A stretch of DNA of 64,000 bases, from NCBI GenBank assembly GCA_963700155.1, contig OY969472.1:744690-808689 (forward strand), written 5' to 3'. The DNA is from an uncultured bacterium (GTDB lineage: Bacteria > Patescibacteriota > Dojkabacteria > J137). Both the position numbers and the translations under genes were made by a program. This document shows positions 56,198-64,000 of this stretch, in pieces (the stretch's first letter is position 1; the number at the start of each line of letters is the position of its first letter). Below the pieces are notes generated by a model. It saw nothing but the letters and a program-made list of their open reading frames with translations. It was not told where the DNA came from and searched no databases.

Positions 56198-57364
56198 TTA
56201 CTGTTGTAATTCTTCAATTATCATATTGAGATAATCAAAAGATTCTTCTTTCAATTTCAAGTGCTCTTTATCGAATATATCCATTTCTTCAATTATCTTT
56301 CTGAATTCTACTATGGTATGCAATGCTTGTTGGATGTCTTCAGATGAAATAAATTCATTACCCCTGAATTTTCTTATTTCTTTAATCCTTTTAATAATTA
56401 AAACACATAATTTTTGAATTTCTTGATAAACCATAGACATAAAATCACTCGTTTCAGATTTTGTAATTATTTTATTTATATTAAGATGAATTACAATTTT
56501 CTTTTTACCATTTACTATTATTTCTTTGTAGCCGAAGTCATTTAAAGAAAGATTTTCATACACGAAATTTCTGTGGAGTAACGCAATATCTCTGAGTAAC
56601 ACAGTAAACACACTCTCATTTTCGCCATTATTTGTATTGAATAGATTATTGTCAATTGAAAGTAGTTTTATATTCCTTTCAAGTACTGAAAATATATATA
56701 CTTTATCGCGGCTATCGACTGCATGAGTTGTTAATCTAGAAAGTGTGTTTAATCCAATTTTATTTAAGCTCTCGGTTATTGAAATTTCGCGAGCTGCAGC
56801 TTGTTCATTTGTATAAGTCTTGTAATAAATTACTACATAAAAAGGGACCTTATTTTCTCGAATGTTTTCTATATCATAGTATGTAACTTCTGGACTATCA
56901 AAAATATAGTCTATCTCAGCTGGTGATATCATCTTCTCGGAAAATCCTCGAACACTTTGAAGAAGTTTTAAAAATTGTTCCTTTGTAAATCTAAGTTTAA
57001 AATGAGGATCTTCTTCCCTGTATATAATATCTAAAATAACCTTTAATCTGTCTGCAATTTTTTTTCTTTTTGCATTTAGAATCTCTAATGCGAGTCTTTG
57101 AGAATTAGAGATTCTTAAAAGATTTGTTTGAATTTGTTCTGAATTATTCGAATTATAATATCCGGACACTCTAAGTAACCCTACTTCTTTGGCAAAATTT
57201 ATCTGCGAAGTAAGTCTATTCTCTATTGGAGCTATACTAATAGAAAGAGTTGTATTCCCAAGTACTGAAGCAAGTTGTGTTTTTAAAAAATCTATTGAAA
57301 CTTCAGTTGGATTATCACCTTCAATATGTACCTGACTCGAATCAGGAAGATTAGGTTGATTCAT
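56198..57364 (-). CDS. Hypothetical protein (388 aa)
   Basis: This is an ORF with no recognisable motif. It is the first of six consecutive unknowns. Confidence 0.5.
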   Translation of the reverse strand: MNQPNLPDSSQVHIEGDNPTEVSIDFLKTQLASVLGNTTLSISIAPIENRLTSQINFAKEVGLLRVSGYYNSNNSEQIQTNLLRISNSQRLALEILNAKRKKIADRLKVILDIIYREEDPHFKLRFTKEQFLKLLQSVRGFSEKMISPAEIDYIFDSPEVTYYDIENIRENKVPFYVVIYYKTYTNEQAAAREISITESLNKIGLNTLSRLTTHAVDSRDKVYIFSVLERNIKLLSIDNNLFNTNNGENESVFTVLLRDIALLHRNFVYENLSLNDFGYKEIIVNGKKKIVIHLNINKIITKSETSDFMSMVYQEIQKLCVLIIKRIKEIRKFRGNEFISSEDIQQALHTIVEFRKIIEEMDIFDKEHLKLKEESFDYLNMIIEELQQ

Positions 57365-57379
57365 ACTCTAATTCTATGT

Positions 57380-57739
57380 TTACTCTATTATTAAAAATCT
57401 TTGATTATCATAACTAGTATTTCTTGAAACTGCAATTCTGTTGGCTAATTCTTTATTAGTTTTTAATAATTGAGCAAGAGCATCAGGTATTACAACTTCA
57501 GATGCTATAAGAGCTTCTTCGTTTGTCATTTTCTTTTGTTCTGCTTGAAATTCACTTTCAGATAAATATCCTTCTTCAAGGCAAGTATAGTGACCTAATG
57601 CCATATACTCATCAAAATCCTCAGGACTTACGGATGTAAAATGATCTGCTCCTATAATTCCTAAAATATTTTCTTTTAATTCTTGGTCCAATTCATTTAC
57701 TTCACTTACATTTTCTTGGAAAGTTGGCATTGCTACCAT
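57380..57739 (-). CDS. Hypothetical acidic protein (119 aa)
   Basis: The ORF lies 15 nt from its neighbour. Confidence 0.45.
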   Translation of the reverse strand: MVAMPTFQENVSEVNELDQELKENILGIIGADHFTSVSPEDFDEYMALGHYTCLEEGYLSESEFQAEQKKMTNEEALIASEVVIPDALAQLLKTNKELANRIAVSRNTSYDNQRFLIIE

Positions 57740-57908
57740 AATTGTTATTTTAATAATTTATATAACTCTATTTATAGTATAGAGATATATAATTTTAGCT
57801 CAAAAATAACAAATTTTCCAGTCAGTTTTTATTGACAGCCTACATTAACTTTTAATATGTGTAATGAAATTCGATGTCTATATCTTTTGTCAAATACTTT
57901 GGCGCAAC

Positions 57909-59228
57909 TTAAAGTTCCGTTTCTAAGGTAGTTAAATTCCTATCAAAAATCGATCTTAATTCTTTTAAAAGTTCTCCATAAGTTTTATTTCCTTTTACAA
58001 ATCTTCTATAAGGACTAACTTCGATCGAAATATCTGGATCAACTTTAAGATTTCTAACTAAGTTTTCTAGTGTATTACAATACCAGTTGACTATAATTTT
58101 ACAATTTATTCTTTCTTCTGTAGTAAATAAGTTAACATCATAAATAGATTTTATAATCTCTATGATATCGCTGATATCTCTCATTAAATTTTTAAAATAT
58201 CTTGCAATCTCGTTATTATCCTCTTCATTAAATTCAGCTAATTTGTCAGCATTAACAAATCTTATTCTTGCATTCTCTGGTTCTTGATCATCGTAACTTT
58301 CAAAACTTAAGGTTGAATAATCAAATATTGTTCCGAGGGAAATCCTTTCTTGCAATAATTTCTCAGCATAAATCATGAATTTGGCAAAAAGACTATTATT
58401 AAATGGATAATTCCATATTGCAGGATTTTCTTCGGCAATCTGATAAAAATTTCGCTTAATATTAAAGTACTTGTAAATCAGTTCACTTGGTCTTGGTGGT
58501 ATTCTGACTGATAAATTACCAGAATCTGAATCTTGTGGATTTATGACACTTAAAGTATCAAATCCTTTAGATTCAAGATATTGAGCTTTTGTATAAACAT
58601 CAACAGCATCTTCTTGACTATCATGCGATTCAAATAAAAGTTCTACTGGAATGATCATACTACCACTAAGAAGTACAGCAATTTTTTCTTTAAAATCATT
58701 TAAAGAAATTGATTCATCAAACATTGCTGCAACATCACTAGAAGGTATTTTTATATTTCTCCCCTCAGGTAATTTTGATAGATATTCAGTTAATCTTGTA
58801 TAGATTTCTATCCAATCAGGTTTTCCTTCGACTTTGTCATAAAAGGCGCCCATGGTTTCAGCAGTAATATTATTTTTTATTAAGAATCTTCTCAAATATA
58901 ACTGAAGCATCATTTTTTTTCTAAAATGAGTCAGTATTTCAACTTTAGAACTAGTTAGATGAACTCCAAACTTTGATTCAAGATAATCAATATAAATATC
59001 AATATCTTCAATATCATTTATATTATTTATTATGACTGAAAAATTCTCTTGAAAAACTTCAGGAATTCCTGATTGATTATATTTGAAAGCTCTTTCAACA
59101 GATTGCCCCCTAAATACTTCTAGTCCAATCAAATCCATTATTTTATATGCTGTTTCTCTAATTCTATCTAATCTTCTCTTCCCTGTTTCGTGTTGAAAAG
59201 GATCACCAGATGGTAAGTATAAACTCAT
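57909..59228 (-). CDS. Hypothetical protein (439 aa)
   Basis: This is an ORF with no recognisable motif. Confidence 0.5.
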   Translation of the reverse strand: MSLYLPSGDPFQHETGKRRLDRIRETAYKIMDLIGLEVFRGQSVERAFKYNQSGIPEVFQENFSVIINNINDIEDIDIYIDYLESKFGVHLTSSKVEILTHFRKKMMLQLYLRRFLIKNNITAETMGAFYDKVEGKPDWIEIYTRLTEYLSKLPEGRNIKIPSSDVAAMFDESISLNDFKEKIAVLLSGSMIIPVELLFESHDSQEDAVDVYTKAQYLESKGFDTLSVINPQDSDSGNLSVRIPPRPSELIYKYFNIKRNFYQIAEENPAIWNYPFNNSLFAKFMIYAEKLLQERISLGTIFDYSTLSFESYDDQEPENARIRFVNADKLAEFNEEDNNEIARYFKNLMRDISDIIEIIKSIYDVNLFTTEERINCKIIVNWYCNTLENLVRNLKVDPDISIEVSPYRRFVKGNKTYGELLKELRSIFDRNLTTLETEL

Positions 59229-59250
59229 AAATGTAGTTTAATGAATAATT

Positions 59251-59706
59251 CTATGCAGCTTGTTGTTCAGGCTTGGAAGCCGGTTCATTAGCTAACGGAG
59301 AAGAATATACCATAATTTGAATGGAGTTGTCACTTTGAGCAAAATATATTCCTTCTATAAAATGCAATCCTTCTGAAGTAGCAAGGAAATTCTTCACTTC
59401 TTCAAAGGCTTCTAGGATTGTATCTTCAGTTATTTCTTTTGTAGCTAAAATTAAGCATATTAATGAAATTAAATTTGCATCTAATTGAGGATCTAAAACC
59501 TCTTTTGCTCTAAATTGAGTTGCAGGAAGATAAATATCTTCATTCGGAGGAACTTGAGATTCTCTAATTCTAGAGATTTCAAATGCATTACCATACCCTA
59601 ATTTATTTACAATTTGGGAATATTTATCCAAATCTACTTTGGTTAAATTATCTGATAATTTATAACTACTAGTATCTATTTGTTCAAAAGTGTTTGGTAT
59701 TTGCAT
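59251..59706 (-). CDS. Hypothetical protein (151 aa)
   Basis: The ORF lies 22 nt from the upstream gene. Confidence 0.45.
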   Translation of the reverse strand: MQIPNTFEQIDTSSYKLSDNLTKVDLDKYSQIVNKLGYGNAFEISRIRESQVPPNEDIYLPATQFRAKEVLDPQLDANLISLICLILATKEITEDTILEAFEEVKNFLATSEGLHFIEGIYFAQSDNSIQIMVYSSPLANEPASKPEQQAA

Positions 59707-59859
59707 ATGGATTATAGTAAGAATTAAATATCTACTATTAATAGATATACTTAATTTTAACTTGAATTAATAAAATTGCCAACCAAAAAATTCTGACATA
59801 TATTTTAATCTGATTTGTAGGTAAAGTTAGAAGCTTTCGGTTGGATTGACAAGTAAAAT

Positions 59860-60291
59860 TTATACTCGCTGATCACCTATCATGTTTTTTCGAAGCTCTA
59901 CATAGAAGTCTTTTGGCTTAGCTGCTCCTTTATATAAGTAGTCAAAATATACTTCTTTTAAAATTTGTATGTGCCAATCAACTATTTCCATACTGAAAAA
60001 ATCTTCCGGCTGCATTTCAAGCAATTGATGAAATATGTACTCAAGATTAAAAATAGGATTTATCGGATTAAAACCATTCAAATTAAGCCATAACATAAAT
60101 TCAATATCATCAATAAAATTAAGCGTTGAAGGAAAATTATTTTTAATCCACAATATAACCCGATCTTTAAAATATTTATCTGAAGAGTACCATAAATAGT
60201 CTTCCGGATTTAAAGATTCTGGAATTGCTGACCGCAAAACAGCATCAAGAAGTTCTGTTTGTCTCAAATCATTCATGTGGTTATATGACAA
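59860..60291 (-). CDS. Hypothetical protein (143 aa), paralog of the next gene (shared NGFNPINPIFNL motif)
   Basis: WL.LNGFNPINPIFNLEYIF here matches WLIDNEFHPGNPTFNLLDIY in the 60337 gene. Confidence 0.45.
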   Translation of the reverse strand: MSYNHMNDLRQTELLDAVLRSAIPESLNPEDYLWYSSDKYFKDRVILWIKNNFPSTLNFIDDIEFMLWLNLNGFNPINPIFNLEYIFHQLLEMQPEDFFSMEIVDWHIQILKEVYFDYLYKGAAKPKDFYVELRKNMIGDQRV

Positions 60292-60336
60292 TTTTAGATT
60301 TCTTAGTTAACAAAGAATTTCTAATCTTTTCAGATA

Positions 60337-60633
60337 TTAATATTCCACAAGATTAGAATCTAAGTTGTATATATCTAAAAGATTAAAGGTTGGATTCCCT
60401 GGATGAAATTCATTGTCTATGAGCCAGTCTATCAGCGCTCCGCCCCATTCTTCCCATTCTCGCCAGTTTTTATTACTATAGTCTCCCTCATATTCGAATC
60501 CGTTAGCTATCCATTTGAACACAAACAACTTAAATTCCGGATCTGGTTCTGACCATTTGTAGTCGGATGGATCAAATGAGTTTGGAATCCAAAAGTACTT
60601 TTTAAAATTCTCTGTTAACTTTGCTTCAGTCAT
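60337..60633 (-). CDS. Hypothetical Trp-rich protein (98 aa), paralog of previous gene
   Basis: It shares the motif noted for the 59860 gene. Confidence 0.45.
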   Translation of the reverse strand: MTEAKLTENFKKYFWIPNSFDPSDYKWSEPDPEFKLFVFKWIANGFEYEGDYSNKNWREWEEWGGALIDWLIDNEFHPGNPTFNLLDIYNLDSNLVEY

Positions 60634-60668
60634 ACTTTTGTAAAAACAGGTATATCTGATGATATAAT

Positions 60669-61928
60669 ATGAAATTAAGATTTAGCAATATGGAATTTAA
60701 ACTAAATTCAAAATTTAAACCATCTGGAGACCAGCCTCAAGCAATTGAATACCTTACCGCTGGGCTTGAGGCTGGTCTCAGACATCAAACATTAATCGGA
60801 GCTACAGGAACGGGAAAAACTTTTACAATGGCTAATATTATTCAGAATACAGGAAGGCCTGCTCTCGTTTTGTCCCACAACAAAACGCTCGCAGCTCAAT
60901 TGTACGCAGAGTTCAAAGAGTTTTTCCCGGAAAATGCAGTTGAATATTTTGTAAGTTACTACGATTATTATCAGCCTGAAGCTTATGTTCCTCAAAGAGA
61001 CTTATATATTGAGAAAGATTCAGATATTAACGAAGTTGTTGAAAAGTTTAGAAATAGCGCAACTCAGGAGTTGCTTTCAAGAAGAGATGTTGTAATTGTG
61101 GCAACTGTAAGTTGTATTTATGGACTTGGCGATCCTGAAGACTACTCAGCTCTTAGTCTACAGCTTAAGGTTGGTAAAGAATATAGCCGAGAAAAAATTA
61201 TGGTCAGATTAAGAGATATGCAATACGATAGAAATGATTCAGATTTTGCAAATGGAACTTTTAGGTTTAGAGGTGAATATATTGATATTAATCTAACAAC
61301 AGCTGATGATAGAGCTGTTAGGCTTTCATTTTTTGGAGATGAACTTGAATCAATAAGAATTTTGAATCCAATAAGTGGAGAAATTATTGGTGAACAAGAT
61401 GAAATTCAGATCTTTCCTGCAAAGCATTATGTAAGTTCTCAGGAAAAAATTAACAATGCCTTGAAAGTTATTCGTGAAGATCTAGAAGTTGAAGTTAAGG
61501 ATTTTATGGATAAAGGAAAAATGATTGAAGGTACAAGATTAAAGCAGCGTGTAAATTATGATTTAGAAATGCTTCAGGAAACAGGCTTTTGTAAAGGAAT
61601 TGAGAATTATTCAAGATATATTGATAATCGGGGAGTTGGTACAGCTCCTTCTACTCTTTTAGATTATTTCCCTGATGATTACCTAATGTTTATTGATGAA
61701 TCACACATTACTGTTCCCCAAATTGGAGGAATGTATCTTGGTGATTTATCTAGGAAACAAAACTTGGTTGACTATGGATTCAGAATGAAATCAGCTTTAG
61801 ATAATAGACCTCTAAAATTTGATGAGTTCCAGAAAAGAACGAATCAGATTATCTATACTACTGCGACACCAAGAGAATACGAAATTGAAAACTCAAAAAA
61901 ATCTGCAAAAGAAGTTTTAGGAAAATAA
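60669..61928 (+). CDS. uvrB: UvrB N-terminal portion (419 aa; ends exactly where helicase domain 3 should begin) - truncated gene / probable pseudogene
   Basis: It has Walker A GATGTGKT, YDYYQPEAY and the beta-hairpin region, ending ...IIYTTATPREYEIENSKK*. No domain-3 sequence appears in any downstream frame. Confidence 0.6.
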   Translation: MKLRFSNMEFKLNSKFKPSGDQPQAIEYLTAGLEAGLRHQTLIGATGTGKTFTMANIIQNTGRPALVLSHNKTLAAQLYAEFKEFFPENAVEYFVSYYDYYQPEAYVPQRDLYIEKDSDINEVVEKFRNSATQELLSRRDVVIVATVSCIYGLGDPEDYSALSLQLKVGKEYSREKIMVRLRDMQYDRNDSDFANGTFRFRGEYIDINLTTADDRAVRLSFFGDELESIRILNPISGEIIGEQDEIQIFPAKHYVSSQEKINNALKVIREDLEVEVKDFMDKGKMIEGTRLKQRVNYDLEMLQETGFCKGIENYSRYIDNRGVGTAPSTLLDYFPDDYLMFIDESHITVPQIGGMYLGDLSRKQNLVDYGFRMKSALDNRPLKFDEFQKRTNQIIYTTATPREYEIENSKKSAKEVLGK

Positions 61929-61929
61929 T

Positions 61930-62256
61930 TTATAACTCATCTATTCGAATCATATCTTCAGGAAGATCAACGCTAGCTTGGAAATACCTCATTTGATTAT
62001 GATCTAATGTAATCGAATCGGTATCTATTAATATTACAATTGAAGTAAATAGATTATTTGTTCCAGAATTATTTTTTAGGATGAGCATTACAGAATTAGA
62101 ATTTAGAAACGAGTAACCATATGGAGAATGCCTTGTTAATTTTAATCGCTCCAAGACTAAATTAAATAACTTTTTTACAGAAACATTAGATTCCTCAGTG
62201 ATTTCTAAAAGAGGTTCATTAATAGGTTCGTTAAATTGTTTAGGGAAATTAAACAT
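61930..62256 (-). CDS. Hypothetical protein (108 aa) at the uvrB/pilD breakpoint
   Basis: This is an ORF only. Confidence 0.3.
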   Translation of the reverse strand: MFNFPKQFNEPINEPLLEITEESNVSVKKLFNLVLERLKLTRHSPYGYSFLNSNSVMLILKNNSGTNNLFTSIVILIDTDSITLDHNQMRYFQASVDLPEDMIRIDEL

Positions 62257-62281
62257 ATTGAAGTATAACGCAACCTTTTAT

Positions 62282-62590
62282 TTAAATCAGCTTCTGAATA
62301 ATTATTGTGTAGATAATCAGGGCGAAAATTCCAAAAGTAGCTTCAATCAGCCAATATTTCAAGGGAATTTTCGCCCTGCAGTTAGAGCATTTTCCACCTA
62401 AAATTATAAAACTAACAACTGGAATGTTTTCATACCATTTCAAAACATGACTACAATGGGTGCAGTGTGAAGATGGCTTTAATATTGATTCACCTTTTGG
62501 AATTCTGTCGATAAGTACTCCAAAAAAGCTTCCAAATGAAGCCCCTAGAAAAAAAGATAATAATCCTAAAAATATTAATCCTAATGTCAT
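62282..62590 (-). CDS. pilD: Type IV prepilin peptidase N-terminal fragment (TM1, Zn-binding CxxC..CxxC domain, TM2) lacking the A24 catalytic domain
   Basis: It has HCTHCSHVLKWYENIPVVSFIILGGKCSNCRAKIPLKYWLIE, typical of the PilD N-domain. It stops at 102 aa, before the catalytic Asp motifs. Confidence 0.5.
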   Translation of the reverse strand: MTLGLIFLGLLSFFLGASFGSFFGVLIDRIPKGESILKPSSHCTHCSHVLKWYENIPVVSFIILGGKCSNCRAKIPLKYWLIEATFGIFALIIYTIIIQKLI

Positions 62591-62591
62591 T

Positions 62592-64000
62592 TTATCGATT
62601 TAAAATAATCATATATTCTTCTCCTGAAGGTACTGGATTTAAATAAGTTTCATTAAATCCATCTTTATTGACTTCATAAGTATATACCATCCCAATTTGT
62701 AATGATGGATGATATTCTCTTATTCTGAAGAATACTCTATTGTCGTTAGTAAAAATCACTGAAATTGTATTTATATATTCTGAAAGTTGTTCCGGTGTTG
62801 GGTTTAGAATTGCCAAGTTCCCATTTACTAAATGTGTGAGCCACTGCCTGAATTTATCGATTTGGAATGGTATATAATCTTTACCTGCTAACTGATACAT
62901 GTCTTGAGAATTCAATAAAAATATACCACGCATATCATTAATATTTTCTAAAGCTGCTTCGAGGCTTGTAGTATCGGTACTTAAATCAAAGATACTTAAG
63001 ATTTGAAAAATTGGTAAAGAACTTTCAAAGTCTTTATCAGATGTTATTATCTTTAACATATTAAGAAGCTTATCTTGATTATAGTTATTTATTTCATAAA
63101 CAAATCTACTTGTAGGTGTTTGAATTAATGGTAATGCCGATGTAAAGAATTCATCCTGTCCACTTTCGGCAAGGAATAGTGATTGTCTTCTTGTTATTAA
63201 GAATCTGAGTTCATCTGTCATTGGAAAAAGATTCGTTAATCTCCCATAGAATTGGCCTGGTGTTAAAGTTTTAAAGTTTCCTGAGGCGATTTCTTCTCTA
63301 ACATTGTTTGGATTTCCTCTAAAATAAACATCAATCCCTCCAGTCTGAGTTGAAGAAATCGCTAATATGTCTCTTGGGAAATCACTACGCTTGCCATTTA
63401 TTAAATCACTTAAGTACTGAAAGATAGGGTCATCAGGAAATAAAGTATTATAGTTAGGAAGATAACTGTATTCTGGTTGAGTCTTGAGTTCTTGGTCAAT
63501 AAAAGTTCTTTGATCATTTGTTATAGTCATCTCGTTTAATAAATTTTCGATTTGTGTTGAATAATCTGGAGTATGTCCAAATGTATTAAATACTGGTATT
63601 TCGGTCTGTTCTAATCTACTTACATTTGTGTAAGATAAGGGTATAAGAACGACTAAAAGTCTCCCAACAGCAGTAAGTTCTCCATTTCTATAAATATTAG
63701 GATCATTAGCATATTTTGTTAAAACTTGTTTTTTACCTTCCTCAAATAATCTTTGAACTAAAAGCACTTGAAGGTTTGAGAAATAATATTGGTTTTCAGT
63801 CATAGGTATTATTACTATTTTCCCTTCCTGATTAAAAAACCCTAGTGAATTAAATGATCTGTCAAAATCAAATTTTAAAATTGAAGCTGCGACAAATGCA
63901 TCAACATCTTCAACGTTTTGGAAAGGGATATTATTACGAAGTTGCTGGAATCTGTCTGATGTTAATACATCTCTTAGAAATAAAAATGCAGCAATCGTTG
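62592..64000 (-). CDS. Hypothetical protein, 5'-partial (reading frame stays open from the first Met at 63803 to the window end; at least 469 aa)
   Basis: The frame continues upstream of the MTENQYYF start without a stop, through nt 64000. Confidence 0.45.
   Translation of the reverse strand, partial: TIAAFLFLRDVLTSDRFQQLRNNIPFQNVEDVDAFVAASILKFDFDRSFNSLGFFNQEGKIVIIPMTENQYYFSNLQVLLVQRLFEEGKKQVLTKYANDPNIYRNGELTAVGRLLVVLIPLSYTNVSRLEQTEIPVFNTFGHTPDYSTQIENLLNEMTITNDQRTFIDQELKTQPEYSYLPNYNTLFPDDPIFQYLSDLINGKRSDFPRDILAISSTQTGGIDVYFRGNPNNVREEIASGNFKTLTPGQFYGRLTNLFPMTDELRFLITRRQSLFLAESGQDEFFTSALPLIQTPTSRFVYEINNYNQDKLLNMLKIITSDKDFESSLPIFQILSIFDLSTDTTSLEAALENINDMRGIFLLNSQDMYQLAGKDYIPFQIDKFRQWLTHLVNGNLAILNPTPEQLSEYINTISVIFTNDNRVFFRIREYHPSLQIGMVYTYEVNKDGFNETYLNPVPSGEEYMIILNR

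Noticed and set aside
61930-62281. Possible frameshifted continuation of pilD into the 108-aa ORF (LIDTDSITLDHNQ resembling the PilD LIDADHQ catalytic motif)
   Set aside because: The downstream sequence has no TM helices and none of the spacing of the peptidase A24 domain. The resemblance is a short chance match.
1-64000. Possibility that the genome uses genetic code 25 (TGA=Gly, as in Gracilibacteria/Absconditabacteria), given the very low GC and CPR-like gene content
   Set aside because: Long conserved genes are uninterrupted when TGA is read as a stop. These include recG, PBP1A, mutL, murA and the 1343-aa protein. The single in-frame TGA at 10748 is an isolated case.
1-64000. CRISPR arrays, rRNA genes, integrases, transposases, restriction-modification or toxin-antitoxin genes
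   Set aside because: I scanned both strands for short regularly spaced direct repeats and for the usual catalytic motifs, and found none. The only repeats are the tRNA-linked element and the R1-R3 family.

Overview
This window is 64 kb from an AT-rich bacterial genome that uses the standard genetic code, since the long ORFs are intact with TGA as a stop. By inference it is a small-genome organism, plausibly a CPR/Patescibacteria-like lineage: gene content is reduced, many proteins are divergent or hypothetical, and type IV pilus genes are present.

Recognisable core genes:
- pilM, pilN and pilO at the 5' edge of the window.
- The block rpsP, rnc, nusB, rpmF and rsmD, followed by a SpoU-type methyltransferase.
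- recG, an NrnA-like DHH phosphoesterase, an HD hydrolase and an NYN-domain protein.
- A class A PBP (penicillin-binding protein 1A).
- The canonical thrS-infC-rpmI-rplT block, in which the thrS product looks catalytically degenerate.
- clpP, mutL, murA, a SOS-type yedK (SRAP) plus Y-family polymerase pair, and nth.
- A uvrB that stops after its N-terminal half, converging on an N-terminal-only pilD fragment.
- Four tRNA genes, all on the minus strand: Ser-TGA, Val-GAC, Val-TAC and Phe-GAA.

Accessory or unusual content:
1. Four tandem paralogous two-TM membrane proteins with acidic, EF-hand-like C-terminal tails (5.2-8.3 kb).
2. A 1.7 kb segment of about 50% GC in a roughly 30% GC background. 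It carries a processive GT2 polysaccharide synthase and a small membrane protein, ends in a GC-rich terminator, and is evidently horizontally acquired (26.1-27.8 kb).
3. A native exopolysaccharide or cell-surface locus (37.0-46.7 kb). It holds a small membrane protein, a second processive GT2 synthase, a secreted GH16 glucanase, and two giant tandem paralogous secreted proteins. Each giant protein has repeated CBM-like beta-sandwich modules fused to a CE4 (NodB) deacetylase domain.
4. A mosaic accessory region (46.8-55.1 kb) with GC-elevated genes, each followed by its own GC-rich hairpin. It also contains three copies of a ~120 bp repeat that holds a conserved 31-32-codon ORF, and it ends at tRNA-Phe.
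5. A ~128 bp conserved element found immediately upstream of two different tRNA genes (Val-TAC and Phe-GAA). Each copy begins with a duplicate of the first ~19 nt of its cognate tRNA, and extra inverted tRNA 3'-end fragments lie next to tRNA-Val.
6. A standalone receiver domain next to a protein that looks like a tandem class III cyclase-homology-domain protein.
7. A six-gene cluster of entirely uncharacterised cytoplasmic proteins between nth and uvrB, including an adjacent paralog pair.

I found no CRISPR array, no rRNA, and no integrase or transposase.
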